Positions 1 to 9,152 of a DNA stretch of 10,865 nucleotides are shown here, in pieces. Position numbers and translations under genes: made by a program. Each line of letters begins with the position of its first letter. The stretch's first letter is position 1. Source of the stretch: Giardia intestinalis (Eukaryota); assembly GCA_000002435.2 (NCBI GenBank), contig AACB03000016.1; one strand, written 5' to 3'. The notes under the pieces are model-generated. The model ran no database searches, was not told where the DNA came from, and worked only from the letters and a program-made list of their open reading frames with translations.

Positions 1-3000
1 TATCTGCACCAACGGAGTCTGAGCACAGAATGCACTCGCTGCCCGGTGTCTTAACTGATGCCTTGTTTTGGAAAACACTTCCGTCAGCCTTGCAAGCGGC
101 ACATACCCCACCGACTGCATTGGTGCATATAAGTTCTCCGGGAGACGCCCCTGTTTTATAACGCCGCCCATGAAGAGGAAGTACCCGTCGCCGCCACATT
201 TACCACACGAGGTGTCCGTGCCCTCTATTGCGGCTCCGGCCGATTGCGTGCACTTTGCCGTCTTTGTGACGAGATCGTCCCCGAACGCCGTGCAGACACC
301 GTCGATGGGTGCGAAGCCCTGCTTGCATTGTGTACACGCTTGGGCTGATCCTATAGTTACCAGTTTGTCGACCTCGCATTGGAAAGACGGAGGGGCCCTG
401 CATGCGTTTGCGGCTCGTCCAGTGCGTGCCCCTCCGCGCATGCTTTGCACTTGGCTGTGCCCGTGTCCCTGTCGGCGCATCACAGGCCGCACAGTTTGCC
501 ACTCCTTTGTTGCTATCTGCACCAACGGAGTCTGAGCACAGAATGCACTCGCTGCCCGGTGTCTTAACTGATGCCTTGTTTTGGAAAACACTTCCGTCAG
601 CCTTGCAGCGGCACATACCCCACCGACTGCATTGGTGCATATAAGTTCTCCGGGAGACGCCCCTGTTTTATAACAGCCGCCCATGAAGAGGAAGTACCCG
701 TCGCCGCCACATTTACCACACGAGGTGTCCGTGCCCTCTATTGCGGCTCCGCCCGATTGCGTGCACTTTGCCGTCTTTGTGACGAGATCGTCCCCGAACG
801 CCGTGCAGACACCGTCGATGGGTGCGAAGCCCTGCTTGCATTGTGTACACGCTTGGGCTGATCCTATAGTTACCAGTTTGTCGACCTCGCATTGGAAAGA
901 CGGAGGGGCCCTGCATGCGTTTGCGGCCTCGTCCAGTGCGTGCCCCTCCGCGCATGCTTTGCACTTGGCTGTGCCCGTGTCCCCTGTCGGCGCATCACAG
1001 GCCGCACAGTTTGCCACTCCTTTGTTGCTATCTGCACCAACGGAGTCTGAGCACAGAATGCACTCGCTGCCCGGTGTCTTAACTGATGCCTTGTTTTGGA
1101 AAACACTTCCGTCAGCCTTGCAAGCGGCACATACCCCACCGACTGCATTGGTGCATATAAGTTCTCCGGGAGACGCCCCTGTTTTATAACAGCCGCCCAT
1201 GAAGAGGAAGTACCCGTCGCCGCCACATTTACCACACGAGGTGTCCGTGCCCTCTATTGCGGCTCCGCCGATTGCGTGCACTTTGCCGTCTTTGTGACGA
1301 GATCGTCCCGAACGCCGTGCAGACACCGTCGATGGGTGCGAAGCCCTGCTTGCATTGTGTACACGCTTGGGCTGATCCTATAGTTACCAGTTTGTCGACC
1401 TCGCATTGGAAAGACGGAGGGGCCCTGCATGCGTTGCGGCCTCGTCCAGTGCGTGCCCTCCGCGCATGCTTTGCACTTGGCTGTGCCCGTGTCCCCTGTC
1501 GGCGCATCACAGGCCGCACAGTTTGCCACTCCTTTGTTGCTATCTGCACCAACGGAGTCTGAGCACAGAATGCACTCGCTGCCCGGTGTCTTAACTGATG
1601 CCTTGTTTTGGAAAACACTTCCGTCAGCCTTGCAAGCGGCACATACCCCACCGACTGCATTGGTGCATATAAGTTCTCCGGGAGACGCCCCTGTTTTATA
1701 ACAGCCGCCCATGAAGAGGAAGTACCCGTCGCCGCCACATTTACCACACGAGGTGTCCGTGCCCTCTATTGCGGCTCCGCCCGATTGCGTGCACTTTGCC
1801 GTCTTTGTGACGAGATCGTCCCCGAACGCCGTGCAGACACCGTCGATGGGTGCGAAGCCCTGCTTGCATTGTGTACACGCTTGGGCTGATCCTATAGTTA
1901 CCAGTTTGTCGACCTCGCATTGGAAAGACGGAGGGGCCCTGCATGCGTTTGCGGCCTCGTCCAGTGCGTGCCCCTCCGCGCATGCTTGCACTTGGCTGTG
2001 CCCGTGTCCCCTGTCGGCGCATCACAGGCCGCACAGTTTGCCACTCCTTTGTTGCTATCTGCACCAACGGAGTCTGAGCACAGAATGCACTCGCTGCCCG
2101 GTGTCTTAACTGATGCCTTGTTTGGAAAACACTTCCGTCAGCCTTGCAAGCGGCACATACCCCACCGACTGCATTGGTGCATATAAGTTCTCCGGGAGAC
2201 GCCCCTGTTTTATAACAGCCGCCCATGAAGAGGAAGTACCCGTCGCCGCCACATTTACCACACGAGGTGTCCGTGCCCTCTATTGCGGCTCCGCCCGATT
2301 GCGTGCACTTTGCCGTCTTTGTGACGAGATCGTCCCCGAACGCCGTGCAGACACCGTCGATGGGTGCGAAGCCCTGCTTGCATTGTGTACACGCTTGGGC
2401 TGATCCTATAGTTACCAGTTTGTCGACCTCGCATTGGAAAGACGGAGGGGCCCTGCATGCGTTTGCGGCCTCGTCCAGTGCGTGCCCCTCCGCGCATGCT
2501 TTGCACTTGGCTGTGCCCGTGTCCCCTGTCGGCGCATCACAGGCCGCACAGTTTGCCACTCCTTTGTTGCTATCTGCACCAACGGAGTCTGAGCACAGAA
2601 TGCACTCGCTGCCCGGTGTCTTAACTGATGCCTTGTTTTGGAAAACACTTCCGTCAGCCTTGCAAGCGGCACATACCCCACCGACTGCATTGGTGCATAT
2701 AAGTTCTCCGGGAGACGCCCCTGTTTTATAACAGCCGCCCATGAAGAGGAAGTACCCGTCGCCGCCACATTTACCACACGAGGTGTCCGTGCCCTCTATT
2801 GCGGCTCCGCCCGATTGCGTGCACTTTGCCGTCTTTGTGACGAGATCGTCCCCGAACGCCGTGCAGACACCGTCGATGGGTGCGAAGCCCTGCTTGCATT
2901 GTGTACACGCTTGGGCTGATCCTATAGTTACCAGTTTGTCGACCTCGCATTGGAAAGACGGAGGGGCCCTGCATGCGTTTGCGGCCTCGTCCAGTGCGTG

Positions 3001-3528
3001 CCCCTCCGCGCATGCTTTGCACTTGGCTGTGCCCGTGTCCCCTGTCGGCGCATCACAGGCCGCACAGTTTGCCACTCCTTTGTTGCTATCTGCACCAACG
3101 GAGTCTGAGCACAGAATGCACTCGCTGCCCGGTGTCTTAACTGATGCCTTGTTTTGGAAAACACTTCCGTCAGCCTTGCAAGCGGCACATACCCCACCGA
3201 CTGCATTGGTGCATATAAGTTCTCCGGGAGACGCCCCTGTTTTATAACAGCCGCCCATGAAGAGGAAGTACCCGTCGCCGCCACATTTACCACACGAGGT
3301 GTCCGTGCCCTCTATTGCGGCTCCGCCCGATTGCGTGCACTTTGCCGTCTTTGTGACGAGATCGTCCCCGAACGCCGTGCAGACACCGTCGATGGGTGCG
3401 AAGCCCTGCTTGCATTGTGTACACGCTTGGGCTGATCCTATAGTTACCAGTTTGTCGACCTCGCATTGGAAAGACGGAGGGGCCCTGCATGCGTTTGCGG
3501 CCTCGTCCAGTGCGTGCCCCTCCGCGCA
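1..3528. repeat. Tandem array of a 516-bp unit. Copy starts at 1, 514, 1029, 1541, 2056, 2571 and 3087, so at least 6.85 copies in the window, and the array continues past the left edge. Copies are near-identical apart from single-base homopolymer indels and one substitution at 239.
   Basis: The string tatctgcaccaacggagtctgagcacagaatgcactcgctgcccggtgtc recurs with periods of 513, 515, 512, 515, 515 and 516 bp. Plus-strand ORF-track entries (683, 1711, 2225, 2741, 3257) repeat identical proteins at the same period. The repeat ends at 3528, where the sequence diverges into unique N-terminal coding sequence. Confidence 0.95.
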
Positions 3529-3654
3529 TTCCATGGGACTGCTTATTCCCTCTATTGTTCCGCACTGATTGCCAGTTGCGCGACTGTTTCTAGTGCCTCC
3601 AGCGCAGTTTGCAGCAAGCACATTCAGCACGAATAGAAGCTCTACTACCAACAT
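1..3654 (-). CDS. Cysteine-rich repetitive surface protein, VSP-like / high-cysteine membrane protein-like with furin-like CXXC repeats. 5' partial: ATG at 3654, C-terminal end beyond the left edge. Frame is intact from 3654 to ~2121 (42-aa unique N-terminus plus ~2.7 repeat units). Left of that, the copies carry frameshifting 1-bp deletions.
   Basis: The minus ORF 1741..3654 begins MLVVELLFVLNVLAANCAGG, a hydrophobic signal-peptide-like N-terminus. It continues with 172-aa units of about 12% Cys containing CTQCK, CGKCGGDGYFLFMGGCY, CAACKADG, CILCSDS, CAACDAP and CKAC. The CXXC spacing and the GGCY motif are hallmarks of Giardia variant-specific surface proteins. After SVFQ, at the ttt-for-tttt site at 2120, the translation changes to an R/H-rich nonsense tail, which marks a frameshift. 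ORFs 1254..1991, 1229..1747, 870..1235 and 200..640 recover the same Cys-rich frame piecewise. Confidence 0.6.
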
Positions 3655-3934
3655 TGTAGTATACCTTGGGCTTTACACCGACTCCTGGCGATAGCAGTGC
3701 CTGGGCGGGCCCCTTCCTCCAGGGAGAGTTCTAGTTCGAGGGCGACCGCCAGGGAGGAGCCCGGTGCTGTGTTACTGGCCCTTGTTCGATGCTTGGCCAG
3801 TCTGAAGGCTGGGGCGGGTCGCTGATAATATATAGTGCGACGTATCGTCCCACTGACGCATCTAAGCCTGTGCGCTCCTCAATTGCTCCGCGGGCATCCC
3901 AGCCCAAGCAGCCTCTGAGGCCCACGGATGATGC

Positions 3935-3976
3935 GGTCGGCTAACTCAGTCGGTAGAGCAACACTGGAGTCTGAAG
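3935..3976 (+). other. Solitary degenerate fragment of a tRNA 5' portion (acceptor 5' strand plus D arm), related to the tRNA in the downstream array. Not a functional tRNA.
   Basis: gcggtcggctaactcagtcggtagagc at 3933-3959 matches the array unit gcggtcggttagctcagtcggtagagc at 25 of 27 positions. The following aacactggagtctgaag only loosely resembles the anticodon-arm part of the unit. No T arm or acceptor 3' strand could be found. Confidence 0.4.
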
Positions 3977-6512
3977 TCTGAGATCAGATGCCCTCGATCT
4001 CGGGGGAAGAACTCCTATGCCCGCCTCCCCTAGAAGCTGCCGCTCCTCGCGGTGCCCCCTAGGACTTCCTTCTCTCTGGCCCGTCGGGGCCAACCATCGT
4101 CTGGCATCTAGTGAGCACCCGCTGTCCCGGGCCTTGCGTCGGTCACAGGACCTGGCCTCAGAGCAGTTGACTCTGGCGCTCCGTGACGAAGATGGGATAC
4201 GCCACGACCCCGGGTGCCTACCCCGTTCCTCGGGGTGCCTCTTCGTCTTCTCATGAAGCGAGTCATCAGTCCCGAGTATGATCGGAGGGTGCGCTCCCCG
4301 TGCGCCTCTGTCTTGGAGTCATAGTACGCGTTCGTGGATGCCGGCGGAGTACTCCTATACGTTGGCGTCGGGGAGGAGGCTCGGCCCTCTGCTCACGGAT
4401 CGCAGGGCGCTCTTGCAGGTGCTCCGTCACCCAGCACGAGATCATGTCGACGCTCACCCTGTGCAGTGTGTCTGGCTCAGTGATGTGTGGGCTGGTCCAT
4501 CCTCACACCGCACACTTGGGGTGATGCTTCGGTCCACCGAGGCGTCGTCCAAAGCATCAGAAGCGATCAGGACCGGTTCGCTGTCAGGCCGTCTCTCTCT
4601 ACAACCGGCACCCGTCTACTCGATGGTGTCAAAGGATTACGCAGCTGCTGTGGTAAGCGCCCAGCAAGTGGCCCAGGCCGCCACCACTCTCCGGTGCAGG
4701 CAGGATTAGTCCACTTCTGCCAGCCAGACACTCCAAGGATCCCGACTTGCCTGTCGAGGGATTCACATGGGTCACGTGTGGGTCCGTCTCGACCAGCGTG
4801 GTGAGTGATTAGTGCCATCACTAGCTTCAAGCTCTCCGTTGCCTTGGAAGCTCCTTAAGACCGGCCAGGAAGAAGGCCTCCTGCTCCTCAGTGCTCCCAC
4901 ACCCAGTGTTGACCGTCGAGCCAATCGCTTCGCCGGGCCTATCGCTTCTGTGACTGCCCCGTCGCGTCGCTGTCGTCGGCACGGGCAGTGAGCGGGGCAT
5001 CTCCTCAGCTCCTGGCGAGCAGGTTCTGTCCCGCGCAGCACAGAAGCATGCGCAGGGTCCCGAGGGACCGAGTCCAGGGGTGCAGCGTGTCGCAGCCGGA
5101 GGAAGGCCTCGACGCAGCTCCTTGGAACTGTGTTGTGGAGCGAATCATGATCGTCCGTTCATCGTGCTTGTCCTGCCCTGTCTCTGGGGAAGGGCTAGAC
5201 GGAACCGTACGGAGCACGCATTCCATCCTATGGATCGCGCCGAGGATCTCGCTGAAGGCCTGCACCCGGATGGGCTCGCCAGCGCAGGCCCGGAGACTTC
5301 GAGCCCCGCGGACTGGCCGTCCGTGCTCTCCGATGGCTGAGGGGGCTCTTGTCTCTCAGGGGCCAGGCCGTCCTGATCCGGCCCTCTGGATAGCAAGGTG
5401 CTGGTCGTCGGTGGCGCTGTTAGGGGGCAGCTCCCCCTCGAGGCGAGGCTTCAGGCCGGGCAGTGGGGTGGTGAATGCCGCTCCTCCGCTTCCCCGCTGT
5501 GTGGGGAGGTACCCTCCCCTGAGCACGTTCGCACGAAGGGCGCTGAAGAGGACGTCCTTCTCCATCCCCGCTGCCCCACTCAGTAGCACCCTGCATCCGG
5601 TGTCCGTGCTGCATACGTCTGGACGGCCTCGCCGCGGAGGGTCTTCGCGCAGGACAGGCACGTGCTCTTCCGCTCCTACTACTTTGGCGTTCGCCCGGTG
5701 CCGCTCCAGCGCAGAGTGCTCCTCTCCGTCAGGTTCCTAAGGTCCTCGTTCTCGCTGTGATACCTGATCTATCCCTCTTGAGGGGTGGGGTTCACGGTGC
5801 ACTGGTGCGTGTCCGGGGCGACGTCTCCCTTGTAGAGTTCTGCAGGTTCCACGACCCTCTGGGGATAGCCAGCGACTGGGACCCCTGTTTGAGGCTAGGG
5901 CTGGCCTGGCTCCACCGGGCCGCGAACAACTCAAGGGCGCTCTGGTGTCGCTGGTCTCTCAACCGCACACTCGACCTGTCTTAGCAGATAACGGGTCGTG
6001 CCTGGGCACCTCCGGGAAGCGCTCCGGTCCGATGCTTTCTGTCCGGGGCATCACGGCAGGCAACGGTGAGGGCCCACGAGGGACACCGCACTCGGGCGCC
6101 GGGGCATGGTGCATGGGCTGGCACCGTCTGTCTGTCGCAAGGCTGCAGAAGGAGCTCAGACGGGGAGGGTTCCCGAGACGTGCTGCTCAGGGCCCTCCGG
6201 TGATGTGAAGGAGGCGTGGCAGCTCCTCGTGCTGTGGATCGCATAGGAGGTCCCCGATGGTGCAGTCTCTTAGTGAACTCCAGCATCCTTGAGCCAGTTC
6301 GTGTAGTCAGCGAGTGACCCCATTGGGACCATTGAGAGCCTGCCACCATGCGCCGCTCTCCATGACAGGGAGGTGCGGGCCCCCTGCTCACTCTATCGGC
6401 TGCTCTCTAGACTCTCTTCTTCGGGCCTCTACAAGCCCTCCTCGGCGGCTTCCCGTCTGGGCCTCTCCCAAAGGCTCGGACTCTCAGACCTCGAGGGTGC
6501 GCAGAGGGCTGG

Positions 6513-9152
6513 CGGGTGCTGGGCCGGCGGGGGGTCCGGCGAGGGGCCGCGGTCGGTTAGCTCAGTCGGTAGAGCGTCAGTCTGATAAGCTGAAGGCGGG
6601 TGCTGGGCCGGCGGGGGGGTCCGGCGAGGGGCCGCGGTCGGTTAGCTCAGTCGGTAGAGCGTCAGTCTGATAAGCTGAAGGCGGGTGCTGGGCCGGCGGG
6701 GGGTCCGGCGAGGGGCCGCGGTCGGTTAGCTCAGTCGGTAGAGCGTCAGTCTGATAAGCTGAAGGCGGGTGCTGGGCCGGCGGGGGGTCCGGCGAGGGGC
6801 CGCGGTCGGTTAGCTCAGTCGGTAGAGCGTCAGTCTGATAAGCTGAAGGCGGGTGCTGGGCCGGCGGGGGGTCCGGCGAGGGGCCGCGGTCGGTTAGCTC
6901 AGTCGGTAGAGCGTCAGTCTGATAAGCTGAAGGCGGGTGCTGGGCCGGCGGGGGGTCCGGCGAGGGGCCGCGGTCGGTTAGCTCAGTCGGTAGAGCGTCA
7001 GTCTGATAAGCTGAAGGCGGGTGCTGGGCCGGCGGGGGGTCCGGCGAGGGGCCGCGGTCGGTTAGCTCAGTCGGTAGAGCGTCAGTCTGATAAGCTGAAG
7101 GCGGGTGCTGGGCCGGCGGGGGGTCCGGCGAGGGGCCGCGGTCGGTTAGCTCAGTCGGTAGAGCGTCAGTCTGATAAGCTGAAGGCGGGTGCTGGGCCGG
7201 CGGGGGGTCCGGCGAGGGGCCGCGGTCGGTTAGCTCAGTCGGTAGAGCGTCAGTCTGATAAGCTGAAGGCGGGTGCTGGGCCGGCGGGGGGTCCGGCGAG
7301 GGGCCGCGGTCGGTTAGCTCAGTCGGTAGAGCGTCAGTCTGATAAGCTGAAGGCGGGTGCTGGGCCGGCGGGGGGTCCGGCGAGGGGCCGCGGTCGGTTA
7401 GCTCAGTCGGTAGAGCGTCAGTCTGATAAGCTGAAGGCGGGTGCTGGGCCGGCGGGGGGTCCGGCGAGGGGCCGCGGTCGGTTAGCTCAGTCGGTAGAGC
7501 GTCAGTCTGATAAGCTGAAGGCGGGTGCTGGGCCGGCGGGGGGTCCGGCGAGGGGCCGCGGTCGGTTAGCTCAGTCGGTAGAGCGTCAGTCTGATAAGCT
7601 GAAGGCGGGTGCTGGGCCGGCGGGGGGTCCGGCGAGGGGCCGCGGTCGGTTAGCTCAGTCGGTAGAGCGTCAGTCTGATAAGCTGAAGGCGGGTGCTGGG
7701 CCGGCGGGGGGTCCGGCGAGGGGCCGCGGTCGGTTAGCTCAGTCGGTAGAGCGTCAGTCTGATAAGCTGAAGGCGGGTGCTGGGCCGGCGGGGGGTCCGG
7801 CGAGGGGCCGCGGTCGGTTAGCTCAGTCGGTAGAGCGTCAGTCTGATAAGCTGAAGGCGGGTGCTGGGCCGGCGGGGGGTCCGGCGAGGGGCCGCGGTCG
7901 GTTAGCTCAGTCGGTAGAGCGTCAGTCTGATAAGCTGAAGGCGGGTGCTGGGCCGGCGGGGGGTCCGGCGAGGGGCCGCGGTCGGTTAGCTCAGTCGGTA
8001 GAGCGTCAGTCTGATAAGCTGAAGGCGGGTGCTGGGCCGGCGGGGGGTCCGGCGAGGGGCCGCGGTCGGTTAGCTCAGTCGGTAGAGCGTCAGTCTGATA
8101 AGCTGAAGGCGGGTGCTGGGCCGGCGGGGGGTCCGGCGAGGGGCCGCGGTCGGTTAGCTCAGTCGGTAGAGCGTCAGTCTGATAAGCTGAAGGCGGGTGC
8201 TGGGCCGGCGGGGGGTCCGGCGAGGGGCCGCGGTCGGTTAGCTCAGTCGGTAGAGCGTCAGTCTGATAAGCTGAAGGCGGGTGCTGGGCCGGCGGGGGGT
8301 CCGGCGAGGGGCCGCGGTCGGTTAGCTCAGTCGGTAGAGCGTCAGTCTGATAAGCTGAAGGCGGGTGCTGGGCCGGCGGGGGGTCCGGCGAGGGGCCGCG
8401 GTCGGTTAGCTCAGTCGGTAGAGCGTCAGTCTGATAAGCTGAAGGCGGGTGCTGGGCCGGCGGGGGGTCCGGCGAGGGGCCGCGGTCGGTTAGCTCAGTC
8501 GGTAGAGCGTCAGTCTGATAAGCTGAAGGCGGGTGCTGGGCCGGCGGGGGGTCCGGCGAGGGGCCGCGGTCGGTTAGCTCAGTCGGTAGAGCGTCAGTCT
8601 GATAAGCTGAAGGCGGGTGCTGGGCCGGCGGGGGGTCCGGCGAGGGGCCGCGGTCGGTTAGCTCAGTCGGTAGAGCGTCAGTCTGATAAGCTGAAGGCGG
8701 GTGCTGGGCCGGCGGGGGGTCCGGCGAGGGGCCGCGGTCGGTTAGCTCAGTCGGTAGAGCGTCAGTCTGATAAGCTGAAGGCGGGTGCTGGGCCGGCGGG
8801 GGTCCGGCGAGGGGCCGCGGTCGGTTAGCTCAGTCGGTAGAGCGTCAGTCTGATAAGCTGAAGGCGGGTGCTGGGCCGGCGGGGGTCCGGCGAGGGGCCG
8901 CGGTCGGTTAGCTCAGTCGGTAGAGCGTCAGTCTGATAAGCTGAAGGCGGGTGCTGGGCCGGCGGGGGGTCCGGCGAGGGGCCGCGGTCGGTTAGCTCAG
9001 TCGGTAGAGCGTCAGTCTGATAAGCTGAAGGCGGGTGCTGGGCCGGCGGGGGGTCCGGCGAGGGGCCGCGGTCGGTTAGCTCAGTCGGTAGAGCGTCAGT
9101 CTGATAAGCTGAAGGCGGGTGCTGGGCCGGCGGGGGGTCCGGCGAGGGGCGC
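6513..9152 (+). repeat. 31 tandem copies of an 84-bp unit. Each unit is a 38-nt G-rich spacer (cgggtgctgggccggcggggggtccggcgaggggccgc) plus the first 46 nt of a tRNA (ggtcggttagctcagtcggtagagcgtcagtctgataagctgaagg; positions 1-46 covering the acceptor 5' strand, D arm with A box, and the complete anticodon stem-loop). tRNA-half starts are at 6551, 6636, then about every 84 bp to 9069. Copies are identical except for G-run and C-run length variants.
   Basis: The period was measured directly as 85, 84, 84 and so on. Each truncated unit matches the complete tRNA at 9153 through ...gctgaagg and then diverges (cgggtg for tcggggg) inside the variable loop. No unit except the last has a T arm / B box. 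Confidence 0.95.

Noticed and set aside
1741-2120. C-terminal ~125 aa of the 637-aa minus ORF (TRHQLRHRAASAFCAQ...GHGHLVW).
   Set aside because: This is out-of-frame read-through after the 1-bp deletion at 2120. The true frame continues in ORF 1254..1991.
68-3568. Plus-strand ORFs repeating at 516-bp intervals, such as MKRKYPSPPHLPHEV... and MENTSVSLASGTYPTDCIGAYKFSG...
   Set aside because: They are antisense and alternate-frame shadows of the minus-strand cysteine-rich repeat gene. Only the minus frame gives a coherent CXXC/GGCY protein with a signal peptide and a start codon.
3935-4010. Whether the fragment at 3935 is a second complete tRNA.
   Set aside because: Only the acceptor 5' strand and D arm are recognisable. 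No anticodon stem, T arm or matching acceptor 3' strand could be built by hand. It is kept only as a low-confidence relic feature.
3655-6512. Numerous ORFs of 60 to 250 aa, for example 4988..5740 (250 aa), 4278..4709 and 5981..6391, on both strands of the GC-rich spacer.
   Set aside because: They overlap one another in multiple frames. Their translations are Arg/Ser/Pro/Gly-rich with no recognisable domains. At 60% GC, ORFs of this length are expected by chance.
6600-8828. 742-aa plus-strand ORF encoding a 28-aa repeat, [28 protein letters not shown].
   Set aside because: It is an artefact of the 84-bp (28-codon) period of the tRNA-half array. The underlying DNA is demonstrably tRNA-derived, and the same frame simply never meets a stop. 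The composition is low-complexity Gly/Ala/Arg.
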